A stretch of DNA of 64,000 nt, taken from NCBI GenBank assembly GCA_022841645.1, contig JALHRC010000003.1:6553-70552 (forward strand). Direction: 5' to 3'. This DNA is from Minisyncoccota bacterium. Its GTDB lineage: Bacteria; Patescibacteriota; Minisyncoccia; Phycocordibacterales; UBA918. How positions within the stretch are numbered: the stretch's first letter is position 1; each line of letters starts with the position of its first letter. Shown here piece after piece: positions 1-10,197 of this stretch. The position numbers and the translations under genes were made by a program. The notes under the pieces were generated by a model, which was not told the DNA's origin, did not search any database, and was given only the letters and a program-made list of their open reading frames with translations.

Positions 1-125
1 ACTCTCAGTAGTGAGTACCGTACTGCATCGACTTTAGCAATCAGGGCGTAGCGTAGTGACGCAGAGAACTCGCGTGAAAGAAGCCGTCTATTATTTCGTA
101 GTAAGCAGTATAATCCCTTCACCAC

Positions 126-650
126 ATGTCACTCACCTACTACGACGTTACCGTACCACTGTTTGTAAAGACGCTCGAAAATCTGAAGCACTTCTTTGAA
201 AAAGGAGCAGTTCACGCCAAGTCCGAGGGGCTAGCCGAGTCAACGTATCTCGCTTTGCAACTGGCGCCTGACATGTTCCCACTCTCTCGCCAGATTCAGA
301 TTTCTACCGATAACGCTAAGGGGGCAGTGGCACGCCTCTGCGGTGTTGAGCCACTGCGTATAGAAGACAAGGAGACGACGGTTGCCGAGCTCGTGGCGCG
401 TATCGATACGGTGATTTCTCATCTTAAAACCTTTACACCCGAACAACTACTTGGTGCTGCAGCATCCACCCCCACCCTACCTTATTTTCCGGGAAAGCAT
501 TTTAAAGGACACGATTATCTCATCGAGTACGCGCTGCCAAATTTCTTTTTTCATGTCAATATGGCCTACGCCATCATTCGCCACAGCGGCGTGCCGCTCG
601 GGAAGGTTGATTATGTGGGAGAGTTGACGCTTCACGACGAAGCGCATTAG
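126..650 (+). CDS. DUF1993 family (DinB-like helical bundle) protein
   Basis: Family-typical motifs LAPDMFPLSRQIQ and LPNFFFHVNMAYAIIRHSGVPLGKVDY. Confidence 0.85.
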   Translation: MSLTYYDVTVPLFVKTLENLKHFFEKGAVHAKSEGLAESTYLALQLAPDMFPLSRQIQISTDNAKGAVARLCGVEPLRIEDKETTVAELVARIDTVISHLKTFTPEQLLGAAASTPTLPYFPGKHFKGHDYLIEYALPNFFFHVNMAYAIIRHSGVPLGKVDYVGELTLHDEAH

Positions 651-707
651 AAGTCACGGCTCGATGGGGTGCGTTATACTGTAGGAGTTATCCTACTTCA
701 GATTTTT

Positions 708-1583
708 ATGTCGACACGCACCCTTGTTTTGTTAGTAGGCTTCGCTGCTCTCTTCGGTGTACTGCTGCTTTTTGTTCTTTCCTCACAGCGTGACATCGCA
801 GATGTTGATGTGCGCCTCGACTCTCAGGGTATGCCTTCTGTTGCACACGCAGGTCTGGTAACAGAAGTGGTACGCGGCAACTTAGCAGCCGACGTGCCTG
901 CGAGCGTTCGTTTTGCAGGTAGTGATGGCGTGATGTATCAAGTTATTCTGCCGGGTATGGAACTCCCCAATTGCGCAAGCAGAGCGGCGCTCGCTCTCCC
1001 GACAGTTGTTTCGCCAGGTGATCGGGTAGAGGTGCGTGGCCAAAAAGGGGAAGACGGGGCCATTAGACCGTGTATGGACAAGGCAGATTATTTTCGCGTC
1101 ATTGGTACCGTCTCACAATCTGATGTCGGTATGGTGTTTGCTTACCGTAAAGGTCCACGAGGCTACCGCGATATGACGCCAGCGACGACACTTAGTAATC
1201 ACGAACACTTCGTACGCGGACTAGTATTAGTGTATGAAGATGACGCCGAGGTAGCTAACCGCGGCGGCGCACAGGAGGGTCCGCCAGCAATTACGGTGCG
1301 TTCTTACCGAAATCCCGAGCGATTATCCGCTGCGCTGTGGGCCGCCCAACATTCAGCTGAGTCAAATAGTAACCTCGTGCTGGGGAGTGCTACTGAAGCG
1401 GTAGTGGGTGGAGCGAACGCGGTCACCTACCGGGCAGACGGTTTGTATCCGTCAGTAGTGTATGTTGTTGCGCACGGCAGCTACGTACATGTATTCTCAG
1501 CTGCGTACCTCGATGAATCAGCGCCGCAGCCGGGTGATCTTGAAGCCATCCTCACGACCGTAACCTTTTTCCCTGAACGGTAA
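708..1583 (+). CDS. Hypothetical membrane-anchored exported protein
   Basis: N-terminal TM helix followed by a soluble domain; ATG 708 preferred over GTG 669. Confidence 0.6.
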   Translation: MSTRTLVLLVGFAALFGVLLLFVLSSQRDIADVDVRLDSQGMPSVAHAGLVTEVVRGNLAADVPASVRFAGSDGVMYQVILPGMELPNCASRAALALPTVVSPGDRVEVRGQKGEDGAIRPCMDKADYFRVIGTVSQSDVGMVFAYRKGPRGYRDMTPATTLSNHEHFVRGLVLVYEDDAEVANRGGAQEGPPAITVRSYRNPERLSAALWAAQHSAESNSNLVLGSATEAVVGGANAVTYRADGLYPSVVYVVAHGSYVHVFSAAYLDESAPQPGDLEAILTTVTFFPER

Positions 1584-1587
1584 CAGC

Positions 1588-2046
1588 ATGTCCCATTTTT
1601 CTCCTCCGTGTAAATTTGTTATCCGCTCACGTGCCATCATTGTGCACGAAGGGAAGCTCTTAGTGGTGCGACACGCGCACAACCCATCCTACGCTGCGCT
1701 ACCAGGCGGACACCTTGAACCTGGCGAAGGACCACAGGCTACCTTGATACGTGAAATTGAGGAGGAGCTTGGCGTAACGCCCACACTCGGTCGGCTTCTC
1801 TATGTCAACACCTTCACCACTACGGTGGATGGGGAGAAGGTACAGCCAGTAGAGTTTTTCTTTGCGGTTGAAAATGCCACAGACTTCCTTGATCTTAATG
1901 AGGCAGGGCAGAGTCATGGTCATGAGCTCGCTGCCACACAGTGGGTAGGGCCAGCGGAGGTTGGTCAGCTGCGGCCGGCACAAATTGCTACCGACTTTGC
2001 TGCCGGTGCACTGCTTTTGCCCGAGGTGCGTTTTATACAAAGCTAG
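1588..2046 (+). CDS. NUDIX hydrolase
   Basis: Nudix box GGHLEPGEGPQATLIREIEEELG. Confidence 0.9.
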   Translation: MSHFSPPCKFVIRSRAIIVHEGKLLVVRHAHNPSYAALPGGHLEPGEGPQATLIREIEEELGVTPTLGRLLYVNTFTTTVDGEKVQPVEFFFAVENATDFLDLNEAGQSHGHELAATQWVGPAEVGQLRPAQIATDFAAGALLLPEVRFIQS

Positions 2047-2618
2047 TACCCGGCTGATTGCCAGGTAGTAATAAACTCCAGTGGATAGATGAGGTTTATG
2101 ATATTGAGGAGAAGGCCATCGCGAATGGCATACATCACGAGTACTTCAAACACTATGATGATGAGTAGAGTTGCCCAATAGGGAAGGCGAGCGGCGAGAA
2201 AAAACCCACCGACCATCGCTAGGGTATCCGAAAGTGAATTGAGAATACTGTCGCCGGCATAGCCCGCCGCGAGCGCTTGCTGCCGGTAGTGGTCGATCAC
2301 CATCGGAGTGTTCTCGATAATCTCCCACGAGATCTCAAGAGCGACGGCCGTAAGGAGCCGCGCACTAAGTGAGCTGCGAGGCCATAGCCACGAAAAGAGG
2401 GCAAAGAAGAGGATGCCGTGGATGATATGAGACGGGGTGTACCAGTCGCTTACCTGCTGAGAATTTCCCGCACTGGCCACCTCGCCTTCCCACACTTTCA
2501 ACTCGCCACACTCACACAAAAAAGGTTGCCCAAAGGCGAGTAAGGCGGCGATCTGTACCGCCACCAGGCCGAGGGCAATCAGGAGAAGGTTTTTCTCACC
2601 TAGGGTGGGCAGAGTCAT
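2043..2618 (-). CDS. DUF2585 (UPF0314) family membrane protein
   Basis: Motifs CECG, SQQVSDWYTPSHIIHG, WEIIENTP, YAGDSILNS; TATAAT lies 6 nt before ATG 2618. Confidence 0.85.
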   Translation of the reverse strand: MTLPTLGEKNLLLIALGLVAVQIAALLAFGQPFLCECGELKVWEGEVASAGNSQQVSDWYTPSHIIHGILFFALFSWLWPRSSLSARLLTAVALEISWEIIENTPMVIDHYRQQALAAGYAGDSILNSLSDTLAMVGGFFLAARLPYWATLLIIIVFEVLVMYAIRDGLLLNIINLIYPLEFITTWQSAGY

Positions 2619-2657
2619 GTAATCATTATATGCTAGTGGCACTCCTCTATAGCGCCC

Positions 2658-3398
2658 ATGGAATACCTACCCGTTGTTACTCGTGTACTACAACCACCCA
2701 AGGACGACCTTTTGGCCGTTCTGGCGGCGTCGCTGCCACCGCTTCGTGAGCGCGACATTGTGGTGGTGAGCTCAAAGGTGGTCGCTATCGACGAGGGTCG
2801 GTGTGTTCCCAAGGCAGGTTTTGATAAAGCCGCTTTTTTGCGCGCCGAGGCCGAGCTCATCATCCCGCGTGACTATTGGTCAACCCCACTCACTGTTTCG
2901 CGACACGCGTTTGTGAGCGGTTGTGGCCTCGACGAAAGTAACGGGGATGGCTACCTCATACAATTACCGGTAGATGTTTTTGCCAGTGCCAAGCGACTGT
3001 ACGAGCACCTGCGGGAGCAGTCGGGGTGCGCTGAACTTGGTGTTGTCATTACTGATAGCGCGTCTGCGCCGTTTCGCTACGGCGCTCATGGTGTGGCACT
3101 TTCATGGTGGGGTTTTGAACCGTTGCAAAATCACATCGACCGAACTGACTTGTTCGGCCGTGAGATTCACTATGAACGTTCAAATCTAGTGGATGGATTG
3201 GCAGCCGGTGCGGTGGTGGTGATGGGAGAAGTAGACGAATGCACGCCGGTAGTGATCGTCCGTGGGGTGCCACGTGTGCTATTTACCGAGCGCGACACTC
3301 GCGATGAACTCCTGGCACCCTTTTCTGAGGACACCTTTAGAGTGCTGTATGAAAAGTGGCTACCAAAGGGTGCGGGGGAGTCTGACTTGCTATACTGA
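2658..3398 (+). CDS. CofE-like gamma-glutamyl ligase (F420-0:L-glutamate ligase family)
   Basis: Motifs VVVSSKVVAIDEGR, GLDESN, VVITDS, DLFGR, VMGEVDECTPVVIVRG. Confidence 0.8.
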   Translation: MEYLPVVTRVLQPPKDDLLAVLAASLPPLRERDIVVVSSKVVAIDEGRCVPKAGFDKAAFLRAEAELIIPRDYWSTPLTVSRHAFVSGCGLDESNGDGYLIQLPVDVFASAKRLYEHLREQSGCAELGVVITDSASAPFRYGAHGVALSWWGFEPLQNHIDRTDLFGREIHYERSNLVDGLAAGAVVVMGEVDECTPVVIVRGVPRVLFTERDTRDELLAPFSEDTFRVLYEKWLPKGAGESDLLY

Positions 3399-3403
3399 CG
3401 CAC

Positions 3404-4777
3404 ATGAAGCCATCCCCATCTCTACTAGCCGATTTTACTAAGGCTTTTAAGGAAGCTGACATTCGTGGTGTCTACCCCCGCGAGCTCGATGACGAGGTGG
3501 TGTATCTCATCGCCCGCGCGTTTGTTGAACGAGGTTCGTATAAAAAGGTAGTCGTTGGGCGCGACATGCGCCTCTCCTCGCCCGCCCTACGTGAAGCTTT
3601 TGTGCGCGGCGCGGTCGACGCTGGAGCTGGGGTGGTCGATATCGGCCTGTGCACCACACCCATGCTCTACTTCGCTTCGGCCACTCTGAAGCTTCCGGGT
3701 GTGATGATTACCGCCTCGCACAGTCCCAAGGATCACAATGGGCTCAAGCTCGTTGCCGCCGGTGCGGTGCCTTTGACTTCCAGAACTGGTCTAGACGCTA
3801 TTTTGAAATGTCTGCAGCACGGTCGTTTCCTCTCCGCCGCTCGTCGTCCGGGAAAGATTGTACATAAAGAAGTCGCGGCAGCGTTCGGTCGCTTTGTTTT
3901 AAAAAGTCACCGCACGCCTCCGGCCGCCACGCCACTACGTGTCGTCGTCGACTGCGGTAGTGGGATGGGAGCGCTGCTCCTGCCGCTGCTGCCGCGCCTC
4001 GGGCTTACGGTGACGCCGCTCTTTGCTGAACTCGATGGTACTTTTCCACATCGTGGGTCTAATCCGACGGTCCCTAAAAATCAGCAAGCTATCGTGGCTG
4101 AACTCAAAAAGGGTGGCTATGACTTTGGTATTGCTTTCGATGGCGACGCTGACCGCATTGCATTTTTTGACGAGACAGGTCATTACGTTAACTGTGGTGC
4201 TATTGGCGCGCTCATTGCTGAGCGTCTTCTCAGTACACACCCCAAAGCCACCTGCGTCGGTACGGTACTGACAAGCCGCGCCTACCGTGAAGCGGTGGTT
4301 GGCGCTGGTGGCCGCCACGCGCTTGCCAGGGTAGGGCATACCTATGTCAAAGAAGTAATGCACGCAAAAGATGCGGTATTTGGTTGCGAACACTCTGGTC
4401 ATTTTTTCTTTAAAGATTTTTTTTACACCGACTCAGTTGTGCTCACGCTGCGCTATGTTCTTGCGTCGTACCGCAGCCAGGGAGAGGGCTTCGCAAGCCT
4501 TCTTTCCCGCCATACGCACTACCACCAAACTGAAGATCTGATGGTTGCTGTGCGTGACGTGATAAAGGCAGAGCGCGGCATGGCGGAATATGCGTCGAGT
4601 GAAAACGCCCGACTAACAGTGCGGGATGGACTCACCCTCGATTATGGCGACGTGTGGGTGGTGATAAAACCATCAGTGACCGAGACGGCTCTCAACATCA
4701 TGGCGGAAGGGAAGGATAAGAAGCGTGCCATCACCCTTCGTGACCGGGCAGTTGCCAAGGCGCGTGCGCTCGCGTAA
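3404..4777 (+). CDS. Phosphomannomutase/phosphoglucomutase
   Basis: TASHSP phosphoserine loop, FDGDADR metal loop, CEHSGH sugar-binding loop. Confidence 0.92.
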   Translation: MKPSPSLLADFTKAFKEADIRGVYPRELDDEVVYLIARAFVERGSYKKVVVGRDMRLSSPALREAFVRGAVDAGAGVVDIGLCTTPMLYFASATLKLPGVMITASHSPKDHNGLKLVAAGAVPLTSRTGLDAILKCLQHGRFLSAARRPGKIVHKEVAAAFGRFVLKSHRTPPAATPLRVVVDCGSGMGALLLPLLPRLGLTVTPLFAELDGTFPHRGSNPTVPKNQQAIVAELKKGGYDFGIAFDGDADRIAFFDETGHYVNCGAIGALIAERLLSTHPKATCVGTVLTSRAYREAVVGAGGRHALARVGHTYVKEVMHAKDAVFGCEHSGHFFFKDFFYTDSVVLTLRYVLASYRSQGEGFASLLSRHTHYHQTEDLMVAVRDVIKAERGMAEYASSENARLTVRDGLTLDYGDVWVVIKPSVTETALNIMAEGKDKKRAITLRDRAVAKARALA

Positions 4778-4793
4778 GGTGGTTTCATCATCT

Positions 4794-5618
4794 ATGAAAA
4801 AGAGCCAGGACGCTAAAGAGCGGCCGCACGGTGGCCGCCCCATAAGGAGTCGTGAGAAGCGGCCTGCTGCCCGAGTGGAGTATATTTTTGGTAAGCACGC
4901 CGTCCTCGAGGCGGCCACCGCACGGCCCGACGTTGTACGTGAACTCTACGTAGCGGCAGGCTTTAGTGACGGAGCGTATCTCGATAAACTCCTTGCGACA
5001 GGACTCCTGCCTCGCCCACTTAATGTAAAAAATCCGCCGCGGGGGGTCTCGAGTAATGCGCCTCATCAGGGAGTAGTAGCGGGCATTGCTCCGACAGCGC
5101 TCATGGTGTCATATCACGACTTTCTTGGAAGTCTCAAAGTAGACGAGCATACGGCACTCCTCCTCCTTGGTGAGGTGCAAGACCCCCACAATGTAGGAGC
5201 AGTTATCCGTAGCGCCGCCGCTTTTGGTTTTGCTGGCGTACTTATTCCACCGCATAACCAAGCGCCGGTTACGGGTACGGTAGTAAAGGTATCAGCTGGC
5301 ATGGCATTTCGGATTCCGCTCATTGCAATCGGTAACGTGAATACCACGGTGCGCGATCTTAAAGAGCGGGGCTTTTTCACCTATGGTCTTGAGGGCGGTA
5401 CCACCACTACAACAACTACGGAACAGTTTTCAAAACCATCATTGTTTCTCTTGGGCAATGAGGGGGAAGGTTTGCGCGAGAAAACTCGCCTTCTCTGCGA
5501 TACGCTAATAAGCATTCCCCTCCATCCGCGCTGCGAATCATTGAATGCTGCAGCAGCAGCAGCGGTTGTCATGGCGGCCTGGAGCGCCCAGCATCAAGCT
5601 GCCCTCGCGGTCGCCTAG
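4794..5618 (+). CDS. rlmB: 23S rRNA Gm2251 methyltransferase, TrmH/SpoU family
   Basis: Motifs IFGKHAV, HQGVVA, QDPHNVGAVIRSA, GNEGEGL, ESLNAA. Confidence 0.85.
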   Translation: MKKSQDAKERPHGGRPIRSREKRPAARVEYIFGKHAVLEAATARPDVVRELYVAAGFSDGAYLDKLLATGLLPRPLNVKNPPRGVSSNAPHQGVVAGIAPTALMVSYHDFLGSLKVDEHTALLLLGEVQDPHNVGAVIRSAAAFGFAGVLIPPHNQAPVTGTVVKVSAGMAFRIPLIAIGNVNTTVRDLKERGFFTYGLEGGTTTTTTTEQFSKPSLFLLGNEGEGLREKTRLLCDTLISIPLHPRCESLNAAAAAAVVMAAWSAQHQAALAVA

Positions 5619-5701
5619 GCGAGTGTGGTACACTAGCGCCACGTTGTCGCAATGAGTGTATTTCTCAGAGTGAACGTTTTTTAACCAAGTAACATTTTCG
5701 T

Positions 5702-6493
5702 ATGGACGAATCGCAGTCATCACCACCCGCAGTTACAACTGCGCCAACTGGCACAAGCGCACCTTTGACTGCGCCTGGTCGCTCTGCGCGCACGACGCTC
5801 GTGTGGTATCTCTTTGCCGCTGTTGTTGTGGTACTTATTGGTATGGGATTGTGGTTCGTGCTTGAGCGCGACGGCCGTGTTTCCACCGGGGTATTTGATG
5901 CTCCCCTCGCACTTCTCAAGCAACGTCAGTCAGCGGCGGTGGTCAATGGAACATCCATCTCAGTGCATGATTTTGAATCGACCCTGCGTCAACTCACGAG
6001 TAACGTTTCGCAACAAGGCGTGGACGCGAGTGATCCAGCGGTAGCGGCCGATTTGCGCACCCAGGCACTTGATTCTTTAGTCAACACCGAAATCCTGCGC
6101 CAGAAGGCAGCGGCCGACGAAGTGGTGGTGACCGAGGAGGACATTGCTGCCCGCTACACCGATATTGAGACCGGTATTGGCGGTCCAGAAGCACTGGCTG
6201 CTCGCATGAGTGAACTTGGTGTTACCGATGCCATGCTGCGCCGTGATATCGAAAACGATATTTTGATCCAGGCGCACCTTGAGCGCATACTGGCCGACAC
6301 GACGGTAGTAGTTGAAGAAAGCGAAATCACCGCCTTCTACGAACAGGCTGTCGCCGGTAGTCCAGAAGCGCCGCCGCTTGAAGAGGTACGCGAGCAGGTA
6401 GAAGCGCAGCTGCGCTTTGAGAAGGAACAGTCGTTCGTGGCTGAGTATGTTGAGCGTCTCCGTGGCGAATCGTCGATTGAGCTTTTGATCTAG
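5702..6493 (+). CDS. SurA N-terminal domain / PrsA-like membrane-anchored chaperone
   Basis: TM helix, then AAVVNGTSIS and QALDSLVNTEILRQKA; no clear PPIase domain. Confidence 0.75.
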   Translation: MDESQSSPPAVTTAPTGTSAPLTAPGRSARTTLVWYLFAAVVVVLIGMGLWFVLERDGRVSTGVFDAPLALLKQRQSAAVVNGTSISVHDFESTLRQLTSNVSQQGVDASDPAVAADLRTQALDSLVNTEILRQKAAADEVVVTEEDIAARYTDIETGIGGPEALAARMSELGVTDAMLRRDIENDILIQAHLERILADTTVVVEESEITAFYEQAVAGSPEAPPLEEVREQVEAQLRFEKEQSFVAEYVERLRGESSIELLI

Positions 6494-6512
6494 CTACGTA
6501 CACAGAAGACAC

Positions 6513-6547
6513 ATCGGCGCGGCCCCGTACGGGGGCCGCGCCGATTT
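6513..6547 (+). terminator. GC-rich hairpin, probable intrinsic terminator
   Basis: 14-bp stem ATCGGCGCGGCCCC/GGGGCCGCGCCGAT after the stop codon. Confidence 0.6.
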
Positions 6548-6600
6548 GTGCGCAAGAGCGACCACTTCTCCTTCCGTCACTGTTATACTGAACGTCGAAT

Positions 6601-7854
6601 ATGCACGTTGATTTAGAAGAGAAGGCACGACAAATTACCTACAGCGCGGGGGAGCGCACGACCCTTTTTCGCGCGCTCACACTCTCGGAACAAAGTGTCG
6701 TCCTGGGGCAGCTGTCGCCACATGTGCAGCAATCATTGATCGAAAAGCTCAAGGATTACGAGTTGGTCGATATTCTCGATCACCTGGATTTACGTCAGGC
6801 CGAGAGTCTCGTCAGTAGAATCAAGAATGTGCGCCGGCGCGATCGCATCGTAGCCGCTCTCAAAGGAGCAGTGCGCGACAAGATTGACTACTTCCTGCGC
6901 TTTCACCCGAAGGCGACTGTCTCCCTGATTAATTTCAACTACCTCTTTCTTTCTGCGACGACCACTATTGGTGCCACAGCCGACGCCATCGACGAGCACT
7001 ACCAAGACACGGGGAAGTTCCCCGAGGTTTTGGTGCACGAGAAAGGCGTACTTATCGGTGACGTCTCTATGACCGACCTAGTACGCGAACGTAATACGCA
7101 AACGCTTAAGAAGTTTGTGCAACCAGTAGCCACCATCACCTATTTGGCTGAAGTGAGTGACATCATGAACGCCCTCTCCGCATCAAAAAAGAAAAAAGTG
7201 GTAGTACTCGATCATGACGATAGTGTGCTTGGTATCATCTACGCCGATGAAGCACTGGCCCTCTTTGGTAGTGCTATTGACCAGTCGCTCTATGACGTCG
7301 CGGGCGTTGACGACAGCGAGCGGCCATTTGATGGGGCACTAGTAAAATTTAGACGACGTTATCGTTGGCTCATTTTAAACCTCGCCACCTGCTTCTTGGC
7401 CGGCTCGGTCATCTACCTCTTTGAAGACACGGTCACGGCGCTTGTCATACTTACTATGTATATTCCGATTGTAGCTGGCATGGGTGGCAATGCCGCTGCG
7501 CAGACCTTTGCCGTTACTTTACGTGGCATTACGCTTGGAACAATATCACTAAAAAATTGCTGGGCAGCCGTGGGGAGAGAGACAGGTGCTGCGCTCTTAA
7601 ATGGTGTGGTGATTGGGTGTATCGTTGCGCTCATTTCGGTGGTCTGGAATGAAAGCGCACTGCTTGGACTCACCGTCGGTCTTACTATGGTGGGCGTGCA
7701 CCTCATCGCGGCGGTTGCGGGAGCGGTCATTCCACTCTTTCTCAGGTCGCTCGGGAAGGACCCAGCCGCGACGTCGTCAATTTTTATTACTACGGCGACT
7801 GACGTAGGCGGACTTCTTCTCCTCCTTAGTCTCGGTACGCTGCTTTTGATGTAG
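6601..7854 (+). CDS. mgtE: MgtE family magnesium transporter
   Basis: N-domain, CBS pair, TM domain with GMGGNAAAQT and DPA...FITTATDV. Confidence 0.9.
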   Translation: MHVDLEEKARQITYSAGERTTLFRALTLSEQSVVLGQLSPHVQQSLIEKLKDYELVDILDHLDLRQAESLVSRIKNVRRRDRIVAALKGAVRDKIDYFLRFHPKATVSLINFNYLFLSATTTIGATADAIDEHYQDTGKFPEVLVHEKGVLIGDVSMTDLVRERNTQTLKKFVQPVATITYLAEVSDIMNALSASKKKKVVVLDHDDSVLGIIYADEALALFGSAIDQSLYDVAGVDDSERPFDGALVKFRRRYRWLILNLATCFLAGSVIYLFEDTVTALVILTMYIPIVAGMGGNAAAQTFAVTLRGITLGTISLKNCWAAVGRETGAALLNGVVIGCIVALISVVWNESALLGLTVGLTMVGVHLIAAVAGAVIPLFLRSLGKDPAATSSIFITTATDVGGLLLLLSLGTLLLM

Positions 7855-7856
7855 TG

Positions 7857-8216
7857 CTACGAGCGGTGCGTGCTGCAGCGCCCGTGGAGCACCACCTCGA
7901 GATCGTCAACCCGAAAGCCCGGTAGACTGAATTCCTTGCGCAGCTCAGTGTCGTCGGTGGTGAAGTGCAGCACCTTGCCGCACTCGGTGCAGATCGCATG
8001 GTGATGGGGCTCTGCTTGTACCTCGTACACCGCCTCCTCGTCGGTGAGGGTGAATTTTTTCACTAGGCCAGCTTTTACCAAGTAATCGAGTACCCTGTAG
8101 ACCGTCACAAGATTAATAGATGGAAGGGCGGCGTGAACTTCGGCAGCACTACGAGTACCGCCACAGTGAGTGAGGTGGTCAAGAATTGTACGCCGGTGGG
8201 GGGTGAGATGGACCAT
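7857..8216 (-). CDS. Fur family regulator (probably Zur-like)
   Basis: Motifs LTPHRRTIL, TVYRVL, HHHAICTECG; divergent from a ZIP transporter. Confidence 0.88.
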   Translation of the reverse strand: MVHLTPHRRTILDHLTHCGGTRSAAEVHAALPSINLVTVYRVLDYLVKAGLVKKFTLTDEEAVYEVQAEPHHHAICTECGKVLHFTTDDTELRKEFSLPGFRVDDLEVVLHGRCSTHRS

Positions 8217-8239
8217 GTGTACATAATACTAGCCTGCAT

Positions 8240-8308
8240 GCCGCCTAAATGCAAATGACTTGCATTTAGGCGGCGATTGCGTATAATGCAAATGATTTGC
8301 ATTATACG
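8240..8308. promoter_or_regulatory. Two palindromic operators (AATGCAAATGAYTTGCATT core), probable Fur/Zur boxes
   Basis: Inverted repeats at 8240-8274 (15-5-15) and 8280-8308 (14-1-14); the second covers TATAAT. Confidence 0.7.
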
Positions 8309-8328
8309 AAATAACCGAAGAGTTTGTT

Positions 8329-9207
8329 ATGTTACTCGAAGTTTTGCTGGCAGCGCTTTTTATCATGGTGGCGTCGCTCGTGGGGGTTGTCTTTGTCACT
8401 AGCTTGGCGCAACAATTTTTAGAGCAGCGGCTGTCATTTTTGGTAGCCTTTTCAGCCGGAGTATTTTTAGTGACATCAGGTGCTCTGTCGCTTCACGTAT
8501 TTGAAATCTACGAAGGTACATTGTGGCTTGCTATCGGGCTTATTGTCGTAGGGTATGGTCTCGCCTGGATACTTGAAGTGCTCTTACCAGAAACTCATCA
8601 CCACCACGATCCGACGTGCGATCATGGTCACGGCAAGGGCGCGCGTAAGCTCATGGTCGGAGATGCCGTTCATAACATCGCTGACGGTATCATTTTGGTC
8701 CCAGCCTTTATGGTCTCACCGGCACTCGGCCTCGCGGTCACGGTATCGATTTTTATTCACGAAGCACTGCAAGAAGTCTCGGAGTTTTTTGTCCTTAAGC
8801 AAGCTGGTTACAGTACCAAGCGCGCCCTTGCGCTTAACTTTGCTATCTCCAGTACGATCCTCATCGGTGTGGGGCTTAGTTACCTAGCGCTCGCTTCACA
8901 CAACTTGGAAGGACTACTATTGGCACTTAGCGCCGGCTTTTTCCTCCACGTAGTACTGCATGACTTGTTGCCAAAACGCGGTCAGCATGAGACAGCGGGT
9001 GCTTTTCTTCGCCACGTTGTAGTAGTAGTGGTGGGGTTGCTTCTCATGGCGAGTGTCACCACCGCTCTTGGTGAGTCGCATGGTCACGGAGGTGAAGATC
9101 ATAGTGAGCACGCTGATGAGAGTGGGGTTGGTGACGTTCACCCCGACGATCACGATGATCATAGCGACCACGACGAGGAAGCGAACCACACAAACGACGA
9201 CCACTAG
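8329..9207 (+). CDS. ZIP family metal transporter with His/Asp-rich tail
   Basis: Motifs GDAVHNIADG and IFIHEALQEV; His-rich loop and C-terminus. Confidence 0.9.
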   Translation: MLLEVLLAALFIMVASLVGVVFVTSLAQQFLEQRLSFLVAFSAGVFLVTSGALSLHVFEIYEGTLWLAIGLIVVGYGLAWILEVLLPETHHHHDPTCDHGHGKGARKLMVGDAVHNIADGIILVPAFMVSPALGLAVTVSIFIHEALQEVSEFFVLKQAGYSTKRALALNFAISSTILIGVGLSYLALASHNLEGLLLALSAGFFLHVVLHDLLPKRGQHETAGAFLRHVVVVVVGLLLMASVTTALGESHGHGGEDHSEHADESGVGDVHPDDHDDHSDHDEEANHTNDDH

Positions 9208-9312
9208 AGGTCGCTGCTGAGTGATGAAAATAGTGCTCTCGTGCTTGTGATCCTGAGCTCATAGATGAGCTTTGTAGTATACTGCTGGTATTATCCCTTA
9301 CCACGTTCACCT

Positions 9313-10194
9313 ATGGGAATACTTTTTACTTTATTGTTACTGGTCATTCTGCTCGTACTCCTGCCGTCGATGGTCTACATTGTACGTGGCAAGACGGCGG
9401 CGATTTTGGAAACTTTTGGTCGACCGCACCGCGCTGCGGTGTTTCCTGGTCTGCGTTTTAAGTGGCCGTGGCCGATCACGAGCATCGTGGCGCGGGTGAA
9501 TTTACAGCTCCAAGAAATTCACGCTGACGTATCAGTAAAGACCAGTGACAACGCCTTCATGACACTGCCGGTGAAGGTACAGTACCGCGCGAGTGATGAT
9601 CCGGTAGGAGCGGTGAAAGCTCATTATGAATTGGAGGCCCCAGAACGACAGATTTCTTCCTACGTGCTCAACAACGTTCGGCAAACTGCCTCAGGCATGG
9701 AGATGACCGAGCTCTACGCTAATCGTGACGCTGTTGAAAGCCAAGTCCAAGCAGCGCTTTCAGAGCAATTTGCGCACTTTGGCTATATCATTGAAAACGT
9801 ACTCGTGGATGAACCGCAACCAAGCCAAGAGGTACGTGATGCCTTCAATAAGGTGATTGCGAGCAAGCGTCTTATGGAAGCGGCGCGCAACGAGGCTGAG
9901 GCCGAGCGTATTAAATTGGTCGGAGCAGCCCAGGCTGAAGCTGAAAGTAAAAAGCTACAGGGTGAAGGTATGGCGCAGATGCGTGAGGCGGTGGCGCGGG
10001 GACTTGAGGCGGCTATGGAAACCATGCAAAAAGCTGGCCTCACGCCCGACATGGCCGTTCGTTTTCTTTCCGATACGAATCGTATTGATGCGATTACGAG
10101 CGCAGCCGCACACGGCAACACCATCATCATTGACGCTAGCGGTGAGCGCAGTAGCGCCGGTACCGCCGCTATGTTGGAGGCGCTCCAGAAGTAG
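9313..10194 (+). CDS. SPFH/band 7/prohibitin domain protein
   Basis: TM helix, PGLRFKWPW, VKTSDN, AEAE-rich coiled coil. Confidence 0.9.
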   Translation: MGILFTLLLLVILLVLLPSMVYIVRGKTAAILETFGRPHRAAVFPGLRFKWPWPITSIVARVNLQLQEIHADVSVKTSDNAFMTLPVKVQYRASDDPVGAVKAHYELEAPERQISSYVLNNVRQTASGMEMTELYANRDAVESQVQAALSEQFAHFGYIIENVLVDEPQPSQEVRDAFNKVIASKRLMEAARNEAEAERIKLVGAAQAEAESKKLQGEGMAQMREAVARGLEAAMETMQKAGLTPDMAVRFLSDTNRIDAITSAAAHGNTIIIDASGERSSAGTAAMLEALQK

Positions 10195-10197
10195 GAC

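Noticed and set aside
1-100. Possible tail of another structured element (GGCGTAGCGTAG)
   Set aside because: Truncated by the window edge; too little context to support a call.
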